Positions 1-8,155 of a stretch of DNA of 64,000 nucleotides are shown here, in pieces. The stretch comes from an uncultured Dorea sp. (GTDB lineage: Bacteria; Bacillota; Clostridia; Lachnospirales; Lachnospiraceae), in contig CANSCI010000001.1 of the NCBI GenBank assembly GCA_947645355.1, positions 13,638 to 77,637 on the forward strand, given 5' to 3'. The position numbers were made by a program, and so were the translations under genes. The notes beneath the pieces were generated by a model, which was not told the DNA's origin, searched no databases, and worked only from the letters and a program-made list of their open reading frames with translations. The first letter of the stretch is position 1, and every line of letters starts with the position of its first letter.

Positions 1-326
1 ACGACGTTACATTTTTAGGGCTGCTATCTCATGTTCTAAGGAATCAGTTTGAGATATATGAGGCTTGTGGTGTGAATGAGGCATTGAAATTACTTGAAAA
101 CATATCAGTTGATTTGATCTGTTCGGATTACAATATGCCGGGCGGTACAGGTTTGGAACTTCTGGAACAGCTTCATAGAAGTGGGAAGAAAATTCCGTTT
201 ATTTTGATGTCCGGGACAGAGGATTCATTTGTGATTCATAGCGTAAAGTTTTATGGAGGAACATTCTGTAACAAGACTGATTCGGATCTGCTTACAACAA
301 TTAGAAAAAAAGCAAATTGTGAATAG
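1..326 (+). CDS. Stand-alone response-regulator receiver protein (5' end lies outside the window)
   Basis: Frame is open from base 3 (DVTFLGLLSHVLRNQFEIYEACGVNEALKLL...). Contains LICSDYNMPGGTGLELL (phosphoacceptor Asp), FILMSG and NKTD. No output domain before the stop at 326. Confidence 0.85.
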   Translation, partial: DVTFLGLLSHVLRNQFEIYEACGVNEALKLLENISVDLICSDYNMPGGTGLELLEQLHRSGKKIPFILMSGTEDSFVIHSVKFYGGTFCNKTDSDLLTTIRKKANCE

Positions 327-357
327 TGGTGATTGGTTTATGGGATAGATGATAATA

Positions 358-402
358 CAGAGACAGTTGCTCCATACTGGAGTGATTGTCTCTGCCTTTA
401 TG
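358..402 (+). terminator. Putative intrinsic terminator hairpin
   Basis: cagagacagttgctcca-tac-tggagtgattgtctctg stem (with G-U pairs) followed by a weak T-rich tail, just after the receiver gene. Confidence 0.45.
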
Positions 403-557
403 TTTAAGAGAAATATAACTTGGATGGACCTTGTATTAGAGCTAATATAGAAAAAATCAAGCAGCAGCCAACTGTATTTATTTTTAAAGTGACGAATCTC
501 TTACGAAAATAGCACCACATTCACCCTGGATTTTTCTATTCCGACAAAATTGTAGCC

Positions 558-594
558 TTACAGTAATATTACAGTAAGGTATGGATGATATACT
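558..594 (+). promoter_or_regulatory. Tandem TTACAGTAA direct repeat plus extended -10 (probable OmpR-family activated promoter)
   Basis: ttacagtaa at 558-566 and 569-577 (11-bp period), then TGn-TATACT at 586-594. No canonical -35. Confidence 0.5.
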
Positions 595-632
595 TTCATA
601 AAATGTAAAGTACAAGAAAAGATGGTTGTTCT

Positions 633-1688
633 ATGGAGCATTGCCAGACGAGGAGTAATTTTATGATAAATATTGAGGATGTGCCAGGACTTGAAACTGA
701 ACTGCAGATGGTAAATACGCATATAGAACGTTTATGCCGGTCAAACAATAAGTCAATGCAGAAAATGCTGGATTGGGTGCTGAACGCAAGGGGAAAGCAG
801 ATACGGCCGATTTTGACACTTTTATGTGCGAGGCTCAAAGGGAAAGCTGTTGATGCGACAGAGGTCGCGGCGGTGATTGAAATATGCCATACCGCTTCAC
901 TGATCCATGATGACATTATAGATGAAGCGGATACCCGCAGGGGACAATTATCCGTGCAGAAAAAATTCGGAAAGGAGATGGCAGTCTATGCTGGCGATTT
1001 TATGATTTTTTCTACAATTAGACGGACTGGTCTGAAGAACAAGCCCTGGTATGGTTTGATGTTTGACAAATTGGAAACCATGTGTGATGGGGAGGTCAGC
1101 CAATTTGATAATCGTTATAATACGGAAATTACAGAGGAGAAGTATATTGGGAATATCCTGGGAAAGACTTCGGCAATGTTTAGTATAGCTTGTGGATCAG
1201 GTGCTTACGAAGGTAAGTGTAAGGACAGTGAAGTATTGGCAGCAGAACGGTTTGCAGAAAAATTTGGTCTGCTGTTTCAACTGAGAGATGATCTGTTGGA
1301 TTTTATGTCCACAGATGACCTAGCAAAGAAGACCATACATAATGATTTTTGGTGCGGATATTATACACTCCCGGCTATTTACTCATTTTCTGATTGCAGG
1401 AATGGTGCCAAACTGAAACAAATTGCAATGGATATCAAAAATGGTCTGTATAGCGAATTGACAGACAAGCGAATAGCGGAATTAATCAGTGTTTCCGATG
1501 GCTTCGGATATACGTTGAGGATGATAGATCAATATGCCGAAGAAGCGAAGCAGAGTTTGAATGTGTTTAAAGATTCTATTGCCAGGAAAAAGCTGCAGGA
1601 ATTAGTTGATACGGTTCATCTAAGTGCCCATAGGATCGTGTCAGATCATTTGTCTGATATTCCGTTTGAAAAGTTTGTTTCTATTTAA
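633..1688 (+). CDS. trans-polyprenyl diphosphate synthase (HepT/IspB-like)
   Basis: GKQIRP, first Asp-rich motif ASLIHDDIIDEADTRRG, GKT, second motif FQLRDDLLD. Small residues (A, S) upstream of the first motif suggest a longer-chain product. Confidence 0.9.
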   Translation: MEHCQTRSNFMINIEDVPGLETELQMVNTHIERLCRSNNKSMQKMLDWVLNARGKQIRPILTLLCARLKGKAVDATEVAAVIEICHTASLIHDDIIDEADTRRGQLSVQKKFGKEMAVYAGDFMIFSTIRRTGLKNKPWYGLMFDKLETMCDGEVSQFDNRYNTEITEEKYIGNILGKTSAMFSIACGSGAYEGKCKDSEVLAAERFAEKFGLLFQLRDDLLDFMSTDDLAKKTIHNDFWCGYYTLPAIYSFSDCRNGAKLKQIAMDIKNGLYSELTDKRIAELISVSDGFGYTLRMIDQYAEEAKQSLNVFKDSIARKKLQELVDTVHLSAHRIVSDHLSDIPFEKFVSI

Positions 1689-1730
1689 GAGGCCGGTTTA
1701 AAAACCGGGAAAATACTTCAGGGGAATATT

Positions 1731-2327
1731 ATGACAGAAAGAAACAAGTGGAAATCAATGATAGAAAAAATAGGACATGTCTGTGAAGGCAAATATGATT
1801 CGTTTTGGCCTATGGTTATGATATTTTTCACCATGAGCCTGACAGGATGGTTATGGGAGGTCTGCCTTCATTTGATTTCGGATGGGAGTTTTGTGAACCG
1901 CGGATTTCTTCATGGATCGTGGCTGCCTATTTATGGTTCCGGGAGTATACTGATCCTGACACTACTTCATAAGCTGCGCAAAAAGCCGCTGCTGGAATTT
2001 CTGGCTATCATTCTCCTATGTGGCTGTATTGAGTATTACATATCATGGTTTCTGGAGCAGATGTATGATGGAATGAGATGGTGGGATTACAGCGATTATT
2101 TTCTGAATCTTAATGGAAGAGTCTGCGTAGAAGGGTTGCTGGCCTTTGGCTTTGGCAGGATGGTGATCGTATACTTTTATGCACCGCTTCTTGATCATCT
2201 ATTCAGGCGCATACCGAAAAAAATACTTGCGCCAGTATGCCTGGTACTAATCTTAATATTTTGTGCGGATCTGATATATTCAGGCAAAAATCCGAATCTC
2301 GGTATTGGAATTGCCAGATGCCGTTAA
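1731..2327 (+). CDS. Membrane protein, 'putative ABC transporter permease' (CmpB/DUF1113-like)
   Basis: GWLWEV...FVNRGFLHGSWLPIYGSG and WWDYS...LNLNGRVC motifs, several TM helices. Confidence 0.8.
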   Translation: MTERNKWKSMIEKIGHVCEGKYDSFWPMVMIFFTMSLTGWLWEVCLHLISDGSFVNRGFLHGSWLPIYGSGSILILTLLHKLRKKPLLEFLAIILLCGCIEYYISWFLEQMYDGMRWWDYSDYFLNLNGRVCVEGLLAFGFGRMVIVYFYAPLLDHLFRRIPKKILAPVCLVLILIFCADLIYSGKNPNLGIGIARCR

Positions 2328-2379
2328 TGATACATATATCCTAAAAGTTTAAGTGTTGTGAAAAAAGTATGGAGAGATT

Positions 2380-3580
2380 ATGCTTGCTGTTTATTTGTCA
2401 CCAATTTATATTATCGCAAACAGCTATCTGCTGATTCGGCTTCACAGATGGCTGGGTACATGCAATCCATTGTTCAGAAAAACAGGGATATGTGTTGCAA
2501 TCAGCTTGGCCTATGTTTTTCTGGTAGCGTCATTATTGATTGCGTTTTTTCTGCCGATAGGGCCGGCTAGGAGGATTATGAAATTGATCAGTAATTATTG
2601 GCTCGGTATACTGCTGTATCTGATTTTGGCTGTTCTAATGGCAGATGCGATTTGTTTCCTGCTTTTCCTTATCACGAAACGGAGGTTAAAATGCCGGACC
2701 GCTGCGGCGGGAGGAATCTGTGCAGTGGTTGTTCTTGTGCTTAGTGCATGGGGAGCATACAATGCCCGTATCATCCAGGTTACACCATATGAGATTACTG
2801 TCAATAAAGACGGCGGAAGATTAGAAAACTTAAATGTGGTATTAGCCGCTGACTTGCATTTGGGTTACAACATTGGTACTGCACACATGATGCAGATGGT
2901 AGATAAGATCAATGAACAGAATGCAGATCTTGTGGTATTTGCAGGCGATATTTTTGATAATGAATACGAGGCTCTTGATGATCCGGAAGAACTGATTGCC
3001 GTATTGCAAAAAATTCAGTCGAAGCACGGTGTTTATGCCTGTTATGGAAATCATGATGTTGAGGAAAAAATACTGGCAGGTTTTACTTTTGGGGGAAACA
3101 AAAAGAAAGAGAGCAGTATACAGATGGATGAGTTTTTGGAGAGAGCCGGTATTCATTTGTTACAGGATGAAGCAGTATTGATTGATGACAGTTTTTATCT
3201 GTATGGCAGGCCAGATGCACAGCGGCCCGGACGTGGGATTAATATGAGAAAAACTGCTGCAGAACTGATGGGGGAACTTGATACGGAAAAGCCGGTTATT
3301 GTGATTGACCATGAACCGAAGGAACTCCAGGAATTGGCAGATGCCGGGGTGGACATTGATCTGTGTGGTCATACACACGATGGACAGATGTTTCCAGCAA
3401 ATCTGATTACAGCACTTATGTGGGAGAATTCCTATGGATATCTGAAAAAATCTGAAAAAGGACCATATGCATACGATTGTGACTTCGGGTGTCGGGCTTT
3501 TTGGACCGAATATGCGTGTAGGTACGATTGCGGAAATCAGCCCCATCACAGTACATTTTCAATATAGGAATAACATATAG
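2380..3580 (+). pseudogene. Membrane-anchored metallophosphoesterase (YkuE/YaeI-like), C-terminally frameshifted
   Basis: N-terminal TM helices and DLHLG, GDIFD, GNHD, HEP, GHTHDGQ motifs. A 10-bp tandem duplication (atctgaaaaa, 3440-3459) shifts the conserved tail (...TIVTSGVGLFGPNMRVGTIAEI...) out of frame. Confidence 0.8.
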
Positions 3581-3642
3581 GATGGTGAGTTTACCAGTAT
3601 TGTGCATGGTTCAATTTATAAAAAAGTATTGGAGGGTAAATT

Positions 3643-4005
3643 TTGGAGAGTATAAGAAAAATTTTAATTGTGGATGATGATACTCTTTTTCTTAATCTTC
3701 TTGCACAGGCATTAAGAGAACGAGGGCATATTGTTACAACAGCTTCTGGCGTTCAGGAAGCCAAGAATGCTTTTTTGGCAGATGATTTTTCCCTGGTATG
3801 TTCTGACATTCGGATGGCTGACGGAACAGGCTTTGAACTACTTGATTATATAAGGACATCTTTTACAAAATTGCCAGCCATCATAATGAGTAGCTATTTG
3901 ACCCGTGAGGATCGTTTTGAGGCTCGAATAGCAAAGGTGTTCTGGGTAGAAAAGACAGATAAAAATCTCATAGATATTATAGTAAATTTTATATCTATTT
4001 TTTGA
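3643..4005 (+). CDS. Stand-alone response-regulator receiver protein
   Basis: ILIVDDD, VCSDIRMADGTGFELL, IIMSS, VEKTD. 120 aa, no output domain. RBS ggagg before the TTG start. Confidence 0.85.
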   Translation: MESIRKILIVDDDTLFLNLLAQALRERGHIVTTASGVQEAKNAFLADDFSLVCSDIRMADGTGFELLDYIRTSFTKLPAIIMSSYLTREDRFEARIAKVFWVEKTDKNLIDIIVNFISIF

Positions 4006-4058
4006 TTATCCGCATAAACACTATACTTTCAAGCACTTTGAAGTATAGGAAAATACTC

Positions 4059-4080
4059 ATTTTACCACGAATTTACCACG
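4059..4080 (-). repeat. 11-bp tandem repeat resembling Tn916 integrase arm-type (DR2) sites
   Basis: Minus strand reads CGTGGTAAATT CGTGGTAAAAT, compared with the Tn916 DR2 unit AGTAGTAAATT as recalled. Lies just downstream of the Orf8-like gene. Confidence 0.45.
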
Positions 4081-4166
4081 ATTCAATGAGCCTTGATATG
4101 ACACTGAAATCAATATGGGAGATAGCACAAACATCTGTGTATCTCCCTTTTCTTGTGGTTACAATG

Positions 4167-4403
4167 CTACTTCACTTTGAGTTGAAATCTCAACATAGCT
4201 TTCATAAGCTCCGTTTGCACTTCGCCTTTTAATTCCTCGTCTATCCTCATGCTTACCTTTCCGTTTTCATGGTAGAATGGACGCAAGCACAATTTTGGTA
4301 TGTAGCCGTCATAAAACCTTAAAATCTCTTTGATTGCCTGTTCATTACCGCTGGACGCTTTGACAATCTTTTCATAAGTAGGATAACCATAATCTTTTGC
4401 CAT
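4167..4403 (-). CDS. Conjugative-transposon helix-turn-helix protein (Tn916 Orf8-like)
   Basis: IVKASSGNEQAIKEILRFYDGYI..L...FYHENG...IDEELKGEVQTELMKAMLRF is typical of this family. Directly follows the Orf7-like gene. Confidence 0.8.
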   Translation of the reverse strand: MAKDYGYPTYEKIVKASSGNEQAIKEILRFYDGYIPKLCLRPFYHENGKVSMRIDEELKGEVQTELMKAMLRFQLKVK

Positions 4404-4408
4404 TTCCT

Positions 4409-4828
4409 TTACTTCCTTTCGTTCATCAATGCTTGTAATTTTTCCAATCCTCTGTTTCTCGTACAGCTTACAGAAGAACGTGATACATGGTAAAGTTCCG
4501 CAATCTCTCTGTCCAGCATATCTTGAAAATAGTACAACAAGATGTAGTTACGTTGCTTTTCAGATAACTTGTGTAAAGCTGTACCCAGTTTTTCATTAGA
4601 TACCTTGATTGAGAAATTACATACTTGAAATACAGAAAATTCAAATGAATAACTATCATAATTACTTTGGTTATTCTGCTTTATTTCTGGAATTTCACAA
4701 AACAATGTTTCACGCTCCAAACGCTTTGTACGCTGTTTTCTGCGATAACGGACAATACCTTTTATCGTTATCATCATATAAGCGTTAAACTGTAATCTGA
4801 TGATTTCTTCAAAAGAAGATAGTTGCAT
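4409..4828 (-). CDS. Sigma-70 region-4 protein (Tn916 Orf7-like)
   Basis: SSFEEIIRLQFNAYM N-terminus and LHKLSEKQRNYILLYYFQDMLDREIAELYHVSRSSV HTH. Confidence 0.85.
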   Translation of the reverse strand: MQLSSFEEIIRLQFNAYMMITIKGIVRYRRKQRTKRLERETLFCEIPEIKQNNQSNYDSYSFEFSVFQVCNFSIKVSNEKLGTALHKLSEKQRNYILLYYFQDMLDREIAELYHVSRSSVSCTRNRGLEKLQALMNERK

Positions 4829-5076
4829 AATCTCACCCCCTTTCTGTTGAACGCCGAATTATATAAACGGTAAAAATACTGTTTATATGTTGTTTTGAAG
4901 AACAGCGATGAAAGAGGGTAAGAAAAAAGCCCATACAAAACATATTGTTTGTATGAGCTTTCCTTACTCTGTTTATAAAGTCGTTTCTTTTTACTATGAA
5001 ATTTCTTTTGCACTCGTCTTTAATATTTTTTTCATATCCCGTTTTTTAAGCCTAACATACTATTTATCCCCTTGTG

Positions 5077-6315
5077 TTATATCTCTAACTTTTGAAAAAT
5101 TCTTTTTGAATATATTGAAATCATGATTGAAGCAATAGAAGCTACAATCATAACAACCCATGTTTCTTGTATAAATACATCGAATAAAATACCGTAAACC
5201 ATTTGTCCAATAGGTTGACCGCACATAGCAACTGCTACCAGTGTAGCCATTATCTTTCCTACTAATTGCGGTGGCGTTTGTATCTGCACAAGAGTGTAAA
5301 TTTGAACAACAAACATAGTAGATACGCCCATAGCCACAAAGCACATCACTGTAACTACCCAGTAGGAAACTATTGCAGGCAATTCTAAAAATAGTGAAAT
5401 TCCCATAAGTAAAACAGAAACAGAACAAATAAGTAACAAGATATAAAGATTTTTTAGTTTTAACTTTGAAGCAACAAGAGCTGTTAAAATACCACCACAT
5501 AAACCGCCTAATGATAATGCTGATTGTGAAAAACCATATAGTGTATCAGGCATTTTTAAAACTTCAGAAATTAAGATAGGTAGACCAACAATTAAAACAG
5601 CACTTAAAACCAAATTGAAAATGCAAACCAAAAAAATTACTGATATAAAAATGGGTTTCTCCCTTTTCAAAAAGGTATAACTATCTTTTAAATCGTTTTT
5701 AGCAACTGCAATTACACCTACTTCACGAGGTGTTTTCTGGTGTGGAATATGGATAAAAATTTCCATAATGGCTGAAAGAGTAAAACATATAATACTGACA
5801 ATTAAAATGGGGTTGATACCATAAAATTGAAAAACTACTCCGCTTATAGCTGGTCCAATAAAGTTTGCTAAAGTATTTACTTGATTTATTACAGCATTAC
5901 CGACGGTAAGTTTATCTGATGATACCAATAGCGGAATACTTGCTTGTACCGCTGGTTGATATGCACCAGAAATACCATAAAGTAACATCAAGGCAACAAT
6001 AAACAAAGGTATGATAGGAATTCTTCCCAATGACAAATAAAATACTAAAATTATGATTGCTGTTACAAAATCTAGTATGACCATAATGTTTCTTTTATTT
6101 GTTCTGTCAGCAATAATACCACCTACCAGCGACAAAATAACCATAGGTAAAAAAGAGCAGGCTGTAACAATACCAAACAAGGCTGATGAACCAGTTTCTT
6201 TTAACAAATAGTACGGTAATGCAAATCGTAGGATAGCGTTCCCAAATAAAGAAATTATCTGTCCTATAACAACAAGTATAAAATCACGATTAAAAAGTTT
6301 TTTTTCTGCTTGCAT
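5077..6315 (-). CDS. MFS efflux transporter (DHA3/Mef-like fold)
   Basis: NRDFILVVIGQIISLFGNAILRFALP, GGIIADRTNKRNIMV (motif A), about 12 TM helices. Confidence 0.9.
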   Translation of the reverse strand: MQAEKKLFNRDFILVVIGQIISLFGNAILRFALPYYLLKETGSSALFGIVTACSFLPMVILSLVGGIIADRTNKRNIMVILDFVTAIIILVFYLSLGRIPIIPLFIVALMLLYGISGAYQPAVQASIPLLVSSDKLTVGNAVINQVNTLANFIGPAISGVVFQFYGINPILIVSIICFTLSAIMEIFIHIPHQKTPREVGVIAVAKNDLKDSYTFLKREKPIFISVIFLVCIFNLVLSAVLIVGLPILISEVLKMPDTLYGFSQSALSLGGLCGGILTALVASKLKLKNLYILLLICSVSVLLMGISLFLELPAIVSYWVVTVMCFVAMGVSTMFVVQIYTLVQIQTPPQLVGKIMATLVAVAMCGQPIGQMVYGILFDVFIQETWVVMIVASIASIMISIYSKRIFQKLEI

Positions 6316-6342
6316 GAAATCTCTCCTTTTTATTTATTCAAA

Positions 6343-6356
6343 CAGACCGTCGGTTT
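6343..6356. promoter_or_regulatory. Putative TetR operator upstream of the MFS gene
   Basis: cagaccgtcggttt is a near-palindrome and matches the site at 7074-7087 (AAACCGnnGGTCTG) in inverted orientation. Confidence 0.6.
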
Positions 6357-6421
6357 ATATTATGGCTTAAATAAACTGCTCTTTTATAGAGCAGTCTATC
6401 GTATAGGGATAACAAATACAG

Positions 6422-7057
6422 TTATTTACAAAACTGTATAAATGCAGAAATTGTTTCTTTGTCTAATAATGTATCTATGCCTATTCCATTTAAAAGGGCA
6501 TTGAATGTATTGCAACGTTTTTCCATACCCTCTTTATCCGTCATTTCAACTAATGGATTGAGCCATACATTACTTAATACCATGATAACTTCTGCAATTT
6601 CATGTAAATTTTCAATTTCCAAAGACTTATCCTTGATACCTTGTTCTAAAACGGGTTCAACAAATTCAGGTACTACAATTTCATACATTTGTTCTATTTG
6701 CATAGCAAGAAAACGAGGATTGTTTAATAGTTGAGGAGAAACTGTCAATAAAACGCTTTGGTTAGAATTGAATACCGCTGTCTTAAATATTTCTCTTAAC
6801 TTTTCTAAACCGTTTAAACTATCGTTATCTCTAATTTTGGCAAATATTACTGCATTTTCATTTCCAATTCTTTGAAAAATTGCTTTTAAAATATCTTCCT
6901 TTGAATCGAAATGATGATAAATAGCACCTTTAGAAAGTTTTGTTTCATTGATAATATCTTGCAATGATGTGTTATCATATCCTTTTTCACAAAACATTTT
7001 TGTAGAAACATCTAAAATGAGTTTTACTGTTTCTTCTGGATATTTATTTCGTGCCAT
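6422..7057 (-). CDS. TetR/AcrR family regulator
   Basis: MARNKYPEETVKLILDVS..MF.EKGYDNTSLQDII....LSKGAIYHHFDSKEDI. Confidence 0.95.
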   Translation of the reverse strand: MARNKYPEETVKLILDVSTKMFCEKGYDNTSLQDIINETKLSKGAIYHHFDSKEDILKAIFQRIGNENAVIFAKIRDNDSLNGLEKLREIFKTAVFNSNQSVLLTVSPQLLNNPRFLAMQIEQMYEIVVPEFVEPVLEQGIKDKSLEIENLHEIAEVIMVLSNVWLNPLVEMTDKEGMEKRCNTFNALLNGIGIDTLLDKETISAFIQFCK

Positions 7058-7073
7058 AACTCACCTCCAATAC

Positions 7074-7121
7074 AAACCGTTGGTCTGATTAAAGTATATC
7101 TTAGTATTTTATGCTTGTCAA
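7074..7121 (-). promoter_or_regulatory. Sigma-A promoter of tetR with downstream operator
   Basis: Minus strand: TTGACA (7121-7116), 17 bp spacer, TATACT (7098-7093). Operator aaaccgttggtctg at 7074-7087. Confidence 0.65.
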
Positions 7122-7192
7122 TATGCAATTTTACAAAAATACAGAATGCAAGCCTTATCTTTTATTTTATGATTTTCCAGTTCTCGTCCTTA

Positions 7193-7318
7193 TGTAGTAT
7201 CAACTCATGACACTACACCTTATTTCCTCTTGTCCACCACAAACAGAAAAGAAAAAGCCCTGTCAAGAGCCTGCCACTTCTTTAGAAGTGGTGCTTGCAC
7301 TCTTGATCTGGGCTTTTT
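7193..7318. other. oriT-like inverted repeats
   Basis: TGTAGTATCA-actca-TGACACTACA (7193-7217) and a nested hairpin aaaaagccc..tcaagag..ccacttct-tt-agaagtgg..ctcttga..gggcttttt (7252-7318). Confidence 0.4.
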
Positions 7319-7350
7319 GTTTACTGTATCTTCTGCATAGAGGAAAAAGA

Positions 7351-7650
7351 TTACTCGTCCTCGTTGTCAAAATCGCTAATCTTTAATACTTCCCGTAAAA
7401 GTTCCATATCTTCTTTTGAACCTGTGTTTATCCTCTTTACAACCTGATAAGGCGTACCGTACTTGTGTCCGTCTGTGCTTTCCCCAAACATATCCATGCT
7501 GTATAAATCATCATAACGGGCTAATACTTTCTGAAATTTCAAATGCTGGATAAATTCCTTGATTGGGTAAAGGTCGGACGCTTGTATGTCCGTTCCGTTG
7601 ATATAGTCTGTGATATATTTCCGCAACTGTTCCAACTCATATTCCAGCCA
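7351..7650 (-). pseudogene. 3' fragment of an unidentified mobile-element gene
   Basis: The ORF-track start (7692) lies inside the opposite-strand rlmD tail. Protein-like sequence begins at WLEYELEQLRKY (~7650), so the 5' part has been deleted. Confidence 0.5.
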
Positions 7651-7802
7651 CTGCGTATATTGCAGAGGTGAAAAGGTCTTTGGGATTAACAATGTATGAT
7701 GCTCCTAATGCGGTAGAGGAATTAAAACATCCGAGGAAGCGTCCACCGAAAGAGAAGGTAGAAGCTATAACGGATGCACTTAAATATTTTGAGGTGATTT
7801 AA
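7650..7802 (+). pseudogene. rlmD: Orphan 3' tail of 23S rRNA m5U methyltransferase RlmD/RumA (copy 1)
   Basis: Translates TAYIAEVKRSLGLTMYDAPNAVEELKHPRKRPPKEKVEAITDALKYFEVI*, recognised as the C-terminal extension of clostridial RumA. Not in the ORF track. Confidence 0.75.
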
Positions 7803-8092
7803 TGGATGAAAGAATATTTCAAATTGCAGAGCAGATAGCTGAAATACATCAAAATGCTTATGAGGCTTATTTGCCACTGGTTGAAGATGTGTGTAGCAGA
7901 ACCGCGTCAGAGGCTGAATTATCGCATTTGCTTGATTATCTACTGGATTTTGCATGTGATGAAAAAATATTGGGGTTGTATAAAAAGGTGTGTAGAAGAT
8001 ATTTATATGTATATCCGAGGTGCATTAAATTTTATATTGAAGCGTATCGGGAAATGTGGGAAGATGAAAACAAATGACTATTCGGCGGAATA
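7764..8092 (+). repeat. Diverged direct repeat, copy A (329 bp)
   Basis: Aligns without net indel to 10266-10594 (offset 2502). Confidence 0.9.
7802..8077 (+). CDS. Hypothetical 91-aa protein translationally coupled to the rlmD tail
   Basis: TAATG overlap and gaggtg RBS. A decayed second copy lies at 10304-10579. Confidence 0.75.
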   Translation: MDERIFQIAEQIAEIHQNAYEAYLPLVEDVCSRTASEAELSHLLDYLLDFACDEKILGLYKKVCRRYLYVYPRCIKFYIEAYREMWEDENK

Positions 8093-8155
8093 TATCTAAA
8101 AGAAGTAACAGTTACAATGCTTGGGAAAATTTGTGATATTATTACAGGAGGAGCA

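Larger units (their letters stand above)
4050..7650 (-). mobile_element. Defective Tn916-like / mobilisable element remnant carrying TetR-MFS cargo
   Basis: Visibly AT-rich relative to the core genes. All genes on the minus strand. Orf7/Orf8-like pair, oriT-like hairpins, a truncated gene at the right end, and no integrase or excisionase. Confidence 0.6.

Noticed and set aside
4002-4232. 76-aa plus-strand ORF
   Set aside because: Spans the putative element end and overlaps the Orf8-like gene. No RBS or motif.
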